Shown here: positions 24,894-39,089 of the stretch, piece by piece | Position numbering within the stretch: the first letter of the stretch is position 1 | Layout: each line of letters opens with the position of its first letter | From: Camelus dromedarius | Lineage: Eukaryota | DNA length: 64,000 nt | Assembly: GCF_036321535.1 (NCBI RefSeq) | Contig: NC_087437.1 | Location: 86,926,001 to 86,990,000 of the forward strand | Direction: 5' to 3' | Notes under the pieces: model-generated | What the model was told of the DNA's origin: nothing | What the model saw: only the letters and a program-made list of their open reading frames with translations | Databases searched by the model: none | Translations under genes and position numbers: made by a program

Positions 24894-27800
24894 CTTTAAA
24901 TGGTTGGTGACAAATCTTGATCAGCAGGGGAAAATAATTCAAATGAGATCCAGGCTTTATCTGGATTATCTAGATTTTGTGTAGACAAAGGGGAATTAGT
25001 ACTTTTTTGTATCTGTTTGTTTGTTTAACCATTAGCACATTTCCCATGGATATTTTCATTTCTGTTCTAGTCTAGAAAAGTTCATCAGAGCTCATCTTCT
25101 GATACCTGGATTTTGGTAGATACACTAGCATCTCTTTGAGGTTTTTCCCTCTACTTCTTTGTTTTATTCATCTATGGCTGCAAAAACATAAATCTCCTTG
25201 GCATCGTGAGACTTTGGATAAGAGTCCTTGAGGGCTCAATTTGCTTCTGAAATAAGGGTGGAAGAAGAAGCTGGGGCCCATAAATTTTAATTTAGTCACA
25301 CTTCACAACAAGGCTCTTCTCCTTCAAGCTGAGCATCTGTAGATCTAAGACTATCAAAATAAAATAAACTGAGCATACAAGAGTCTGACTCATTAAATTT
25401 CCCACAAGTAACGCACTACAGAATTTATTCATACTTCTGCTTCCGATTGGACCACAAATATTCCTCTTTCTTCCCTGCCTCCCACCCCAACAAATTTAAG
25501 CCCATATTGATTGACTTATATTCTCTTCTCCTTCTTTTTCACACTCAGAAATTGCTTTTTAAGTTTATGAATGTGGGGGGGGGCATTTAAAAATTTTAGA
25601 TACTTTTCAAATATCTGCCAAACTTACCCTTCTATGGACTATCCAAAAATTTCAATTTGGCAGGACAAAATGGTGTCATCATTTGGCTTACTTCCCTCCT
25701 GCCACAGTAAAGCTATTCTAAGGCAGCTGTTATTAGTGAGCTAAAACTTTGAAATCAGTTGGCAATTTAAATTTTGATTGGTAAAATGCTACTAGGCATT
25801 CAGAAAAATAAAGCACAAATAGTTACTACAAAAATAATTTATGAAGATATGCTTTTTACAATATTTTAACAGGTCTTAAAATGAAGCATTTACTTAAGGT
25901 GGTCTCTATATCCACATGTAAGCTCCCCAGATATTTATGTATTTGGGAAAAGTCTCCAATTGCCTGGAGCGAGCCCAGATCCACAGTATATGGACTGTGT
26001 CTAAAGCTTCAATTGCAGTGGTACCTCCAGTCCAAACTTAACAGAATCAGAAGTTAATGCTTGTTTCCCGTATTCGCAATGCCAGACCCAGAGCCAGATC
26101 CCCCCATTGCTGATTCCTTGTCTATTCACAGCTCAGTGACCGAGGGCGCAGGGGGATTTATGGTCACTTCTTGTTCCACTGGATTCTTAAGTTCAGTGAG
26201 AATTAGGAGTTGTCGTCCCTAGGCTTAGCTTTGACGGTACTATTTAATTTTTGCCAAGTTTCTTAGCCTCTCCGTGCAGATATCTTATCATTCATAAGTT
26301 GAGGGTCATGGGAAACATAAAACTTGACTTTATGTTAAGTTTTATCTATCTCTAACAGCTGTGCTAACTTACAAACCTTAGCGTTTTCAACTTTCCAGTA
26401 TCTTGAACCTACATAAACATCAAGGATGCCGACATTTTTAATGTTAATTATTTTGGACTCTCAAGGATGATCCTAACTCTGGCCTAAACTGCATGTCTAT
26501 TGGGTGTCATGTCTGGATTTACTTCCAAAGAATTCTTATAGAAAAGTTAAAGGTGAATAAAATGGTGCAAGTAAAGGTACTAGGGATCCTCAGGGCAGAG
26601 GCATTACGTAATTGTTAAACTCTAATCCAGGATTTAAGTAGTCCAAAACCTGTTCACTTTGTCCAGAAACAGCAGTTCGAGTAGGAATCACACAGTAAAC
26701 CTGTTCTTGGAAGATCCTGCAACTCAGTTCTCTAAGCTTAATGAATTTCGACAGTTTAAAGGAGACATCTGGCTAGAAGCCCTGAATTTTTCAGGTGCTT
26801 AATGAAGTCAGCTCATTCGCTATGGGTTAGGGGGCTTCAAGTCTTGATTCCTAAAGGAAAGGAGTGTAATTGCTGAAATCTCTGGACATTGAGGCATAGT
26901 ATCTCATGTCTGCCCCAATTTTTCTCTAATTACATATACAAATCTCTCCCTACCGATTTAGGAAATGCTTTGTTGATCCCTAGTTCCCATTTGCCTGCCT
27001 GTGAGCTCTGTCAGGTCATACTTAGAGCGACAAAGGATTTTGGAGAGTTTATCTTAGTAAACCCTGAGTAATTGAGTGTTTAACCTGGAGGCAAATATTG
27101 GCTTCTCAGGTTGGAAGTGGGACTACAGAGATAAATCATTTGACTCAAGGATTTAGGATCTATCTATTGTCAGGAACTGAACTTCATTCACTGTAGACAA
27201 CAGCAGATGACAAGGTGAAGGGCAATCCAAGAGCACTCCCGGGGGAAGCATCTGTTCTGACTCCCCGTAGTTCAAATCTAAAAGCCATCGAGAGAATTAT
27301 GCCAGCAGATGTTGACTGACACACAAGACCAGAGACAGATGATCTCTCAGGTAGCAAGAGCCATTAATCTGGACCTTTGAAATTTTTCAACAGTATGTGA
27401 GATGCTTAAAAGTTTCTTAAATATAGGAAAATCTTCACCTTGCCTTCTAAGGTACTTTATGGCTATCCAGGAAATGAACTACAAATAAACAACTCTTCTG
27501 TTACTTTCAGACTTAATGTAACACAATATAAATTAGGTCACCTGATGTATAATGTCTATCTTCAGCCAAAACAATGCAAAAATTTAGGGGTAACACTAAA
27601 CATATATCCTAATGTGGGTGCAGTTCCTTTCAAAGTTCAAAGAGGCTTTAAATCTTAAACCTGTATTTTATATATACTCAATCTCTATTTCATTTTTTAA
27701 AAGGTTATAGAAATTCATCTCAAAGTCTGAATTTTTAGTACTCTGAACACAATTTTCCAGAAAAGCAATATTGATAAGTAAACAAGTCAGAGAGACCTAT

Positions 27801-28559
27801 TCAATATAGCAAGAATACTATATATTTACAATACAAATAATGAAATAGAAGTAATATTAGATTCATCCTAGTAATTAACCAAAACAAGTATGTAAATTGA
27901 GTAAGCTTGGATTTATTAATATGATAATTTGAAAAATAAGGAAACACAAAATGGTAGGTTGAGAATCTCATAAATATTTGATGAGACAATTCTGACCAGA
28001 CAGCATGGCAATGGTTCCCTTGTATGTCTATGTTTAGCAAAAATTGCTTGAAATATTGGAACAATTTCAGAGCAATGGCTAGAAAATAAAAGGTACAAAA
28101 TCATGGGAGTGGACTTGAACCATGACATATAGAATTATGGTTGAAAAGGGTCATAGGACAGGAATGATTCAAATTATTAGCTATTCCAGGCATCAAGCAG
28201 TAAGACTGGCTTAGGATATCATGGCTGCTATCCCTCCCCATGCTGAGGTAGTCTGGGGCTGGTCATTGGCTTCAGGGCACACAGGAAAAGTTTTAGGCAA
28301 TGTGTTGTCATGTATTAGAAAATGTGGAATATTCACAAGTCAACTGGAAATAACTTTAGGAAGTGATTTTTACTAAGCTTCCTGGGATCACCAAAACTAT
28401 AGACTGGACCAGTCACTATTTGCGTGGTGTTTAGTCTGAGTTATATCATTAAACCAAGTACATAATTTGTCTCCTTGTAAAGAGTGCCTGTTGGAATTAG
28501 AGAATTTATTTAAATTATTTTATTAAATTGGAAAATAGTTAAAGCAAAATGGATCTGGC

Positions 28560-28875
28560 TTATTAACCTCAATCTTTATGTTATTTACTCCTTCACTCTC
28601 ACCAATCCTCTGCTCTCACATCATTTTATCAGAGAAACTCTCTGATCCTTCTAACTAGAATAGCAGCCCCCTCACACCATCCACATTCCTCATCTTACTT
28701 CTCTGCCTTGCTGCACCTTTACCTGTTTGTTTATTATCTGAATCCCCACACTAGAATGTAAGCTTATGAGGTCAGGGGTTTGTTTTATTCACCTCTGGAT
28801 CCTCCGGTCTTAGAACAGTGTCTTGTAAGCATTGTAGGCACTCAAATATCTGTTGAATGAATAAATGAATGAATT
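28560..28875 (+). mobile_element. L2a-like 3' end with (GAAT)n tail
   Basis: ccacactagaatgtaagcttatgaggtcagggg...ttagaacagtgtcttg...taggcactcaaatatctgttgaatgaataaatgaatgaat. Confidence 0.85.
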
Positions 28876-30581
28876 ACGGATACATTGTAGAGAAAACAGT
28901 TCCTGCTAGAGATTGTGTATAAACGATTTACATGGAACATCCTCACTCCTGTGTTCCACTCCAAAATTTTAGCTGTGATTTTTCTCCACATAAATGTGGA
29001 TGGATTATTTTCACATGTTAAAATGTTTATGCTACCTCTCTCTCTACAATGGGTGCCTAGAAAGTTAAGAGCTCTCAATAACTTTGATGCAACGTTAACT
29101 GAGGCTGTAAAATCTAGAATTTCCTGATTTTTGAATCTATACCTTAACTTTGTGAAGCTACAGATGTACTGGTACTGATTCTAAGAGAGTAGGAAATAAA
29201 TTCGTGGTTGACATTATGTATTTTGGGTTCAAGCATGAAATAACTTACTATATGAAGGCTACTGATTAGGTATTTACTTATTTTTTTATTCATGTGTAAA
29301 TTATATATGGCATATATTACTCATCAAAATAATTTAATTAATCTTTTTATATTACACCAGTTTTGGGTATGCATAATTTTTAGTCCTTGGGAATTCTACA
29401 GAACTAAGGCTCATGCTTTCTATTATTATATGTTCTTAGAATGGAGTTGTCCTGAACTGGAGTGTTTAACTGCTTAGCTTTTAACTTCCTAGTCTAGCCA
29501 CTCTTTTCTTCTTATCTTGCAAATGAAATGTGATAAGACAAAGCCGTACTAGAATACTTCTGGCATCAACTTGGCAGAGTCATAGAGAAAGAAAAATCAA
29601 ATAAATTAAGTAAAATAAGAATTCTTTTTACTATCACTTAACACACAATGCCTGTGATAACTTCATTTGGTTTTATCTTCTAAAAATTAAGTAGGTGTTA
29701 ATTGGTTATAAAACAATATGACACAAGACAGAACCTTTTCATGCAATACAAAAATCCACTTGGTAATTACTCAGTATGCATCTTTAGGACAGAAATAAAA
29801 AGAAAAAAACCAGTAATGAAGAATATAACCAAGAACATATCATTTGGTTTTCACAAATTTCCCAAATGAGTTTATGTGGTAATTATGCCCCTACAATGAA
29901 TCTGGGGACTTGAGAATTGGATTGACTTTATATGACAAAGCATGTAAATTAGATAAAAGCCTATATATTCTTTAACTTAATGCTGTTTAAAACAGCAGAT
30001 TGAGCACTGTCATCTTGGAGCTTCAGATTCCATGTATTTCAACATATGAATATAAGAATGTTCATATGCACAGATGTGTGCATGGACATCTAAAAATGCT
30101 AACTTGTCTAAAGTGGAATTTCATGAGGAGAAAGATTGAAAAATTATTCAGTGGAAAACAGTCTCACCAATAATACTATGTTTCTGTTCAAATAAAATAA
30201 AGCAAATTAGTAGTTCAGTGCAAAAAAAAAAAAATAGAAAACATGCCATAATTATACTTTGAAATATATTCACATTATGGGTAACCAAAAAGAGGTGATT
30301 CATATTTTGCTTGCTTTTCTCAACAACACAGATTTCCTGATGTTTTTAATTTGCGGAGTTAAATGCTCCAATCACATGCGTCTCATTTGAAATCTAGGAG
30401 ATTTCCAGGTGATTTGTATACCCATGGATTTGGTATGAAGCCACAGGTATGCTTTCAGGACATTTCTTCAAACATGTTAGATCACATAGTACTATATATC
30501 ATGTCATATTTTGTATAATTTAATAACTGCTCAAATATTTATTTAGTTTTTAAGGTATTTTTCCTTATAAAATATCTATAA

Positions 30582-30713
30582 CAGTGATTCTCAAAGGGTC
30601 ATACAAGCATTTCTGGGTGTCCTCAAGAGCATTTCAGGGAATCTGCAAGATTGAACTATTTTTACAATAATACTAAAACTTTATACCTTTATCACTCTCA
30701 ACATTTCATGAGT
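30582..30713 (+). mobile_element. hAT Charlie1-like terminal fragment
   Basis: cagtgattctcaaag...tttcagggaatctgcaagattgaactatttttacaataatactaa...tcactctca. Confidence 0.6.
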
Positions 30714-32347
30714 CATAAATTTTATAAAGATGACAGCATGCAAATAATATTATATAATAAAAAGTGTCAATGTCTGGGATTTCTGTGTAACTCAGTAGTG
30801 AGAAATCAAGAGAAATAACTAGAAGTGTGTATAGAAAAAAATGTCTGATTTCCTCCCGAATATTCTTGTGGAAAAGATAAAACACCCAAAAAATGTCTAT
30901 CACTCTCTCTGCTGACCCTTTCCTTTCAGGCATACTCTGAGGATACAAGGAAGGAAAAGTTGTGGTACACTTTAGACACTATCAAAAGCAGCCCGGGAAA
31001 ACGTCTAATAAATTGTTAAATAAGTTTTAAGACAACGGATTTTCTCAACTCCTCAGATGTCCCCTCCAGTTTAAGAATTTTTAAATATAGAATTAGTTGA
31101 TATAATTTCTATTCCGCTCTTCTACCTTAGCTGTTGATCGCAGAGATGTTTTAAAAATGAAAACAGCAGACACCCTGCATTCACTCAGGGGCATTGAATC
31201 AAGTGTCTCATGATTCCTTAGTAAGTTACCCTCTACCTAAAGGCAACACCTTTCAGAGGAGCAATCGGAAAGGTTTAATGCACTGAGGCACTGAATGCTA
31301 ACTTCTGAAGTGTGTTGTGTGATTAAAGTAATATGACCAGTAAAGCAGATTAACAAGGATGTGTTTATCCAAAAAAGAATGCCTTGGCACGCTGTTTTAA
31401 AATGATAAATGTGTTTTTCTGAAATAACCATATCATAGCATGATAAATCAAATAAATAAAGTGGATATCTAAGCTGAATAGATGCTGTTTTGGTTAGGAA
31501 AAAAAACACAGACTTTACAACAAAACACTACTTTCCTTATTTATTAACTTTAAACTTGTTGAGATCAGATATAAACTTATCTTAGTCAAGACTGCTTCCC
31601 ATAATACTATATGCTTAAACAATTTGGAGTGATGTGGTAGTTTCATTCACAATCTAGTTTTAGAGATAATTTCAAGAGAAGAGCTCCCAAAACATTTTGT
31701 GCACCAGCAATGTTCCTGAAGTTGTGCAGTGTTCCTGCAGGAATGTGCAGTGAGTACACGTTCCCAAAAAGACAACCTAGTATGAAAACACTCATGTAAT
31801 TGTTTCAGTGTGCTTGTGTAAAAAACAAAATAGCAGACCTATTACTTTATGGCCATACCTTACATTTTAGGGTAAATTATAAAATTATTGTACCAAGCAA
31901 GGTTTATTATGGGAAATTAAATCAACGGTATCTAAATTATTCTAGAAATGCAGACGCAAATTACAGCTTCTCAGAAGGAAGCCAGGACCTCCATGGGTAT
32001 TTCAAGCAGTTCCAAGAAAATACAAGGATGAACACTGAAGAACTCTGACCAGCAATTTATTGGTCTTGAATGAGCTCATTGAGGTTCGTGCGGTTTTTAA
32101 GAATCTTCTGGGAATGAAACATAAATGCAAAGATTCTGTGGCACTTTTATTTCACAAATGCTAAAGAGGAACTTTGACATAGCCACACCATTCTTCTACT
32201 AAGGTTCAAGAAGTGATCTTGTGGACCCCTTTGTCCTGACAAAGTAGCAATCAGTATAAATGACGCTCTGAAAGTTAACCTGATATGGTCTCCAGAGAGC
32301 AGATAATCTAGATTTGAATGAATCTTTCAAGTTCCTACAGGAGAAAT

Positions 32348-32849
32348 TGTTCCTTTCAGTATCCTGCTCCCCAAAATGTACCACTTGGGCATGTGAATTA
32401 TTTTGAGCCAAAGGCAATCAAAGACTCTGCCAGTTTAAGAGAAGCTTCTGCCCCTCCCTTAACTACCTGGAAGAATTCAAATTGGGGTGGAGGGGAGAGA
32501 AGGGTCCTTTTCTAGAATGGGAATTATTACCAGAGATAAACTTTATCTGAGTGGCCCACCTATACGGCAGGGCAAACATCTAATTACCCCATGTCTACTC
32601 TTATTATCAACATGAGAATTGCCCTCCTCCCCTTTGAAGCCCCAGGCCCCCTTCCCTACTCCTTAGCTCAAGATGGCATCTATCCATCATTTTACTTTTC
32701 TGTCTTTGACTCTCTCATGTACCTGAGATTCCCATCCATACGAAATTAAATTTGTTTTTCTCCTATTAATCTGTTTCATGTTGATTTGATTATTAGACCA
32801 GCTAAAAGAAACTTTGAAGGGTAGAGAAAAATTGTTTCTCCCCAATACA
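32348..32849 (+). mobile_element. ERV1 solo LTR, MER34-like
   Basis: TG...CA termini; ccccaaaatgtaccacttgggcatgtgaattattttgagccaaaggcaat near the 5' end and tttgtttttctcctattaatctgt...gaagggtagag near the 3' end; agaaat occurs on both flanks. Confidence 0.75.
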
Positions 32850-33849
32850 AGAAATCAAGGCTAGGATTGAGAACAAGGATGTTCTCAGTTTAAAATGGGA
32901 TATAGAATAGAGAATAGAATGTGAATGAATTATTGGAAAATTTAGTATCTCAAATAAAGGCTTTTTTACCAAATACTTTTTATTAGAACTGGAAATATTT
33001 CTTGGATAAGGTAATTGTTGTAACAGAGATAATGCCAGCAAGAATATTTTTCATGGCGTATGTTAAAAGCTCATATAGTAGCAGAAGGTTATGAAAAATA
33101 TCTTTAAAATGCAGAGTAGCAGTGAGTAGAATAAAAAACATTCTCTTCCAAACAACAAATATATTATCATATGTTGCATATGTTGTCTCCTGGGATGATA
33201 ATTTAGTCATAAAAATAATGCCTAGCTGCAGAATGTTGGCTGACTAATTTTCCTGGAGATCAGAGAAGGAGCAATAAAAAGCACCGTCAAGATATTTACC
33301 CATGGTTTGCAATTTTATCAAGTTTTCAGAGCTGAGTAGGCGTAGTCACCGTGCTAAATTTAATTCAACTAGCTGCAAGACATAACATTGTCTTCCATTT
33401 TTCTTGTTCTTAATCTAATGAACTGTGTTCTTAAGAACAGCAATCTTTTTATGCAGGACAGTTTTGAAAAATACATAGATTCATGAACAAAGGTAATCTA
33501 CAGAGAATAACTAAAAAGGGCAAATGCGAACAAGGGTTCAAGTCATTGGGAGAGTTCCAACTCCTAAATCATCACATCTAGGGAAATCTCAGGGACACGG
33601 TGCTTCTGTCTTTCTGTGGTTCTATCACTGTGGCTTTTCCTGCAGATGGAACTCAGTCTGCAGGTCGAGATTTTTCACACAGTGTGATTTAGAAGCCACT
33701 GACAACTTTAGTTGTTAACAGAGTTACTGAGATCATTTCAGAAAAGAATGAGAACTTTTTTGTTGTTTCTTTGTTTGTTTTTTAATCAGGAATAAACTTT
33801 CAGAATTAAACAAGAAGAAAACAGCAGAAGTTGACTGTATTTTTTTTTA

Positions 33850-35170
33850 AAAACTGCCCAGTCTCTTGGATGGTGAGAGTATAGAAGAACAGCCTCCTTT
33901 ATACATTGTCACTAAAAATGAAAAGTGGTAACAAACTATATGGAAAATTGTCAAGCGACTCATGTATCAAAATCTTCACATATCTGTCCACGTTTTGACT
34001 CACCAATTTTCATTCTAGAAGTTTATCCTGAGGTGGTAATGACACAAAGACAGGAACTAAATATTCCAAGATGTACATCAAAGTACTGCTGATAATATCA
34101 AAACATTGAAATTATACCCAATTAATAGTATATTTGCTGAATAAATTATATGAATAAAATGGAGTACCATATATTATTTAGTAATATTGTAAAAAGAATA
34201 TTTGACCATTTAGAAAATCCAATATTTTATATTTCAGGTTAAAAAGGGCAGATTACAAAATAGTACTGAATTTATATATAAAGAAAATATTAGACTTATT
34301 AAGTAAAATCATTTTCTATATCAGTATATATAGTATGATCTTTTTAAAAACTATATGCAGAATTGAAACATATATGAAAATGCACAGAAAAATATGAAAA
34401 GATGAAATTAAATGTTAAAATTGGTTATCTTTAAGTAGTATCATTAGCAATGATTATTATATCTTTATTTCTTAAATTTTCTTCCATGCAAAAAAATTTC
34501 TTTAAAGAAATGTTATTTAAAAGAAATCTTGCCAACAAATATAGGAAGAAATAATCAAATGCGTTTTGAATCAAAGGAATGCAAATGAAAATAATTAGAT
34601 AAAATTCCTCACAATTAATAAGTAAATACTAAAAATAATGATAATATCTAGTTTTATTAGGAGCATGGTGAAATGTGCTTTTAAAGTAGACACAGATTAA
34701 CACAGAAAATCTACTTTTAGGAGTGTGTCAGGGAATCATTTGGCTCAAACAGTTATGAATGCAGATGTATTATTTACAAATTTGTAAAAAGTTCTTGAAT
34801 GACTAGATGTAATAATAATTTGTCCACTAGTTAAGGTTTGGTTAAAAAATGACACAACTAGAAAATACAATATGTCAAATTGCTAAAAGTGAAAACAAAA
34901 ATTGTTTATTGACAGTGAAATATATTCAAGAGGTATATTGCCAAGAAGAGAAACAGTACCCAATTTGTATTAAGAATAATTTTAATTTTTTACTCATGCA
35001 TATGTCTATGTATATAGGGATGCCAAAAAAGTTTGGAAGAATTGACTCACAAAGTCACAAATATTCTCTGTGGGTGGCAGAATTATGGATAACTTTTCTC
35101 CTTTTTATGGCTTTGTTTTAAAATTTTTATAATGTAAACATGTGTTACTCATGTGAATATTAATTTTAAC
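33850..35170 (+). mobile_element. Ancient L1M (L1ME-like) 3' fragments
   Basis: Degenerate L1 ORF2-end/3'UTR motifs (atacattgtcactaaaaatgaaaagtggtaacaaactatatggaaaa; caattttcattctagaagtttatcctgagg); boundaries approximate. Confidence 0.55.
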
Positions 35171-35545
35171 ATGGTTTAAAATTATATCTAGTTGGATGCG
35201 GATACTGAGAATTTATCCCATCTGCTTCCTAACAGTGGCTCAACCATGATAAAAAGATGGGTAAGTAGAGAAATACCAAGACTTCAGACATGTGTGAAAC
35301 TTGCTGCCTTTTTTGGAGAATCATTAAACCAATATATAGAATTTCAGAATTAATAACATTATTCACCTTATGAACAGTGACTATTTCCCCAGAATGTTTC
35401 ACAATATTTTACTTTTAAAGGATAAGTTTCATTTGGGAAAAGATATAATTGACCAAGAATTTTGGCATATAATTTCTATTCATTTGCTAGTCAACATAAT
35501 ACAAAATGTTATACAAAGATAAAAGAAAAAAAATGAGTTACTCAC

Positions 35546-35755
35546 TCTTGTTGTGTAAGCAGCTTCTGGGTCATCTTCTAAAACACGTGAAAGTCCAAAA
35601 TCAGAAACCTTACACACCAAATTACTGTTGATCAAGATGTTCCGAGCAGCGAGGTCTCGGTGAACGTAGCCCATGTCTGAGAGGTACTTCATGCCAGATG
35701 CTATCCCGCGAAGCATCCCTACCAGCTGGATAACTGTAAACTGGGCATCGTGTTT
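35546..35755 (-). CDS. EPHA3: EPHA3 exon 13 (210 nt): catalytic loop and [73 protein letters not shown]
   Basis: Acceptor atccttctcag|AAACAC, donor ACAAGA|gtgagt; [11 protein letters not shown] and the activation-loop Tyr are intact; phase 0-0. Confidence 0.98.
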
Positions 35756-37339
35756 CTGAGAAGGATTTCAAATGTACAATTAAGATGTGTTGCTATTTCC
35801 TAAAGCCGTATCTTGATTAAAATGTCACATACTGAATCATAACATGACTGATTATATACATTCTAGCTCTAAACACACCAGCCTAACAAGACGTGTGAAT
35901 AAATGGATACAGGAGTAAAACAGAATAGCCTAGTAGCTGCATTACCAAACAGTTTGTAGTAAGAAGTAGTCTAATATTTGTTGAATTCAGGTTCAAAAGT
36001 AGAATTTTGTGGTCTTTAGATGACAAACTCCTTCTCAGAAACTTTAAGGTTAAGAATAACAAAATGAAATGGTTCCTGTGGCTATTTTAGACTTTTATTT
36101 ATTGGTTTGAATTGAATATTTATTCTTTCTTCTTGTTTTCCAGACATATTAATTGCCTTTAAATAAGGTAGACATTAAATATTCAATTATCATAATAAAT
36201 AATTTGCTTAAAATTAGTCAAAAAGATTTACTGAATATTTCTTTTTCTACCCAACCCTGAATTGTATGTCATAAAACTGAAAGCAGCAAGAGACAAAGAG
36301 TCCTGGATTTAGAAAAGCTTCCAATCTACTTGGATTAAAATAGAAATATATGATTTATAAGATAGATAGACAGATACATGCATCCATACATAGATACACA
36401 AAAATTAAAATTTCATGTCTAGGCAATACCTACACAAATGATACTTTTAAATGAATATTTATTATAATATTTTTAATTACTGGTTTGCAAAATACTTGTT
36501 TTTGAAATATGTTTGTGAAAATAATTGCTATTAAAATTTTTATTTGGCTCGTGAATATTAAAGTAAACAATATAACTTCTAATTCATAGAAAAACTAGAA
36601 TTTTCCTCCAGGATTATGAATTATACCATATATTTCATTGATCTATCTATCAGTTCCCATTTATATACTGTTGAAAACACCATGAGGACAGGGTCTATTT
36701 TTTTTCTAATCCGTTGCAATGACTAATGATTGACAGACTTGTATTCCATAAAGCTTTTGAATTTCTTTGAATGTAATATTGTTGATATTATTAAAATATA
36801 AATTTTCTAAACGTAAACAACTGAAATCTATCCACATGTATATATATGTTATGATATATAAGTAATGATCTCTCTGGATTGAGAATACTTTGACATTACA
36901 GCACATGCTTAGCTTCTGAGTGGAAAATACTATATGAAAGATAGACGTCTTCTATCTTATAATAGATGGAGGTTGCTTTATATAAAGAAAAGTATATTTC
37001 TTATATTAATATAATTTATGTCTTACTTTAGAATTTTTAAATTTTTGTTTTAACCAATGTGAAACGTGTCAGTATAAAAAGGCTGAAGAAAATTGCACAA
37101 ATTTGTTTTAAAAATATAAACCATCAACATTTGGATGCTGCAAGATAAAGATTAAATTTTATAGTCTTCCTCTTGCTATTCTGTACCAACAAGTTCAGTT
37201 TTCTTAAAACTGATTATCTAATTGTTTGGCACAATATTAGAGGTTGTATCAATCATTTTCATCTTTATATATGTGTAGATAGTTAAAGATAAGGCAGAGA
37301 TAAGGCAGAGATAGGTGAATGCATATACAATTTACTTAC

Positions 37340-37401
37340 ACGTAAGAAACTGTCCAAGGAACCATTCTCCATGTATTCTGTGACGATCATAACTGGTTTA
37401 C
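37340..37401 (-). CDS. EPHA3: EPHA3 exon 12 (62 nt): hinge, (S)KPVMIVTEYMENGSLDSFLR
   Basis: Acceptor atgtatctag|GTAAAC, donor TTACGT|gtaagt; Thr gatekeeper; phase 1-0; too short for the ORF track. Confidence 0.97.
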
Positions 37402-39064
37402 CTAGATACATGGTAAATAATAAATGTATAACCATCAGCAGAGTTCAACAAATATGCAATGAACATATGTATTTTGATGCACCTGATGAACTAAAAACTG
37501 AAAGTTTTCTCTGTCCTCCAAATTTACAAAGTTGCAATTAAAAACAAAACTAGCTTTCAATAGAAAACAAAAGTAAAAAAAATAAAAAAGATGGAAGAAG
37601 ATTGGTTTTCAAAACAAGGGCCCATACCCTATGATACCTAAATTGGCTTATTTGGCATGGTTTTCCTTGAACACAAAATATGCCCATTGCTTCACTCTAA
37701 TTGCGTTTTAGCTGATTTGTAAAATCAAGTATTTCTGTCTTCAGGCACCAGACAGAGCCAGGAATTCCATAATCATTTACAACTACTGCAGATATTTACA
37801 GTGCTACACACTAGGTGTTTCTCCCATGCCCATTAGTCAGAATAAATGGGCAGATAAATCAAAGTCCCTACCTTCATGGATACTATGTGCCAACCGGACA
37901 AAACAATTAAGACTAATAATTAAAACTTTTAAAATCTGTATTCAATTAGCACATTAAAAATGATAAAATCCATGTTATGTTTAAAGGGAAAATAAAATTA
38001 AAATTGTTATTGGTAGTAATTTGTAATAACCATTTTGGAAGTATGTGGCCTTAATTACTATTAAACATTTAACAAGCATTTAAATGCATTTATACAGTAC
38101 TTAGTGTATGCAAAATATTGGTGTTAATTATTTTATATATACTAACTTATTAATTATCATTTCCACTTTTTACATGAAAAAACTGATATATAGAGGGTAA
38201 TAAACTTAATGTCACACAGCTAAGTTATAAAACCAGAAGTTGCAACCTGAATGTATTATGCCGTTACTTTTGGAAATGTACACTGAGGGAAACATTTAAA
38301 ATATGAAAAAGCATTAGACACAAAGACGCAAAAGTGTTAAGTATACTGATACATAGATCTACAAATAGAATAAATCTTCAACTACAGATAATAACTGAGG
38401 CAATTGTTGGGAATCAATTCTATGCATCATTCTGAATTGAAAGGATGACTGAAGAGGGTAGCACTTCCGACAATTGTTACAGTAAAATGTAACTCCAGTT
38501 TCAAAGCCTACACAGATTACTACCCCATAATTCACTTCCTTTATTGTTGCTACAATATTGTTTTGACTATAAATCCATCATGTTACACAAAGAAAAAAAA
38601 AATCACTCCTCTTCCAAGTCGAGAAGACCTGAGTTAAGACAAATCTTGACTGAGCAAGGTCAAAGACCTTGAACACACAATAGATTTTTAACAAACATCC
38701 CTGTGCACCTAACTGTAGAGCACACATAATTTTTTTTCCTCGTGTGTTCCTTCTATTTTATGGTTCGTGTGCCATCCTGATGCCAGAAAATATATTTCTT
38801 TCCTTGTTTATTGTTTCATATGTGAAAACTCTTAATTCATATTGGTTATGAATTATAGCTTGGTTGCATGAACGTTATGTTTACTACATTTAGTACATGC
38901 ATATATCCCAAGCTATATGTCTTATTATTAAGAGGTGAGAGAATTATTTAAATTCTATAAATTCTCAGATTTTCATATATGAAAAATCAATTGACACATC
39001 AATTCATTGTCCATTAGGACACTGATTAAGTTATATATTTTCAGTAACATATCAAATATACTAT

Positions 39065-39089
39065 ACACACACACACACACACACACACA
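39065..39089. repeat. (CA)n microsatellite
   Basis: Read directly. Confidence 0.9.
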
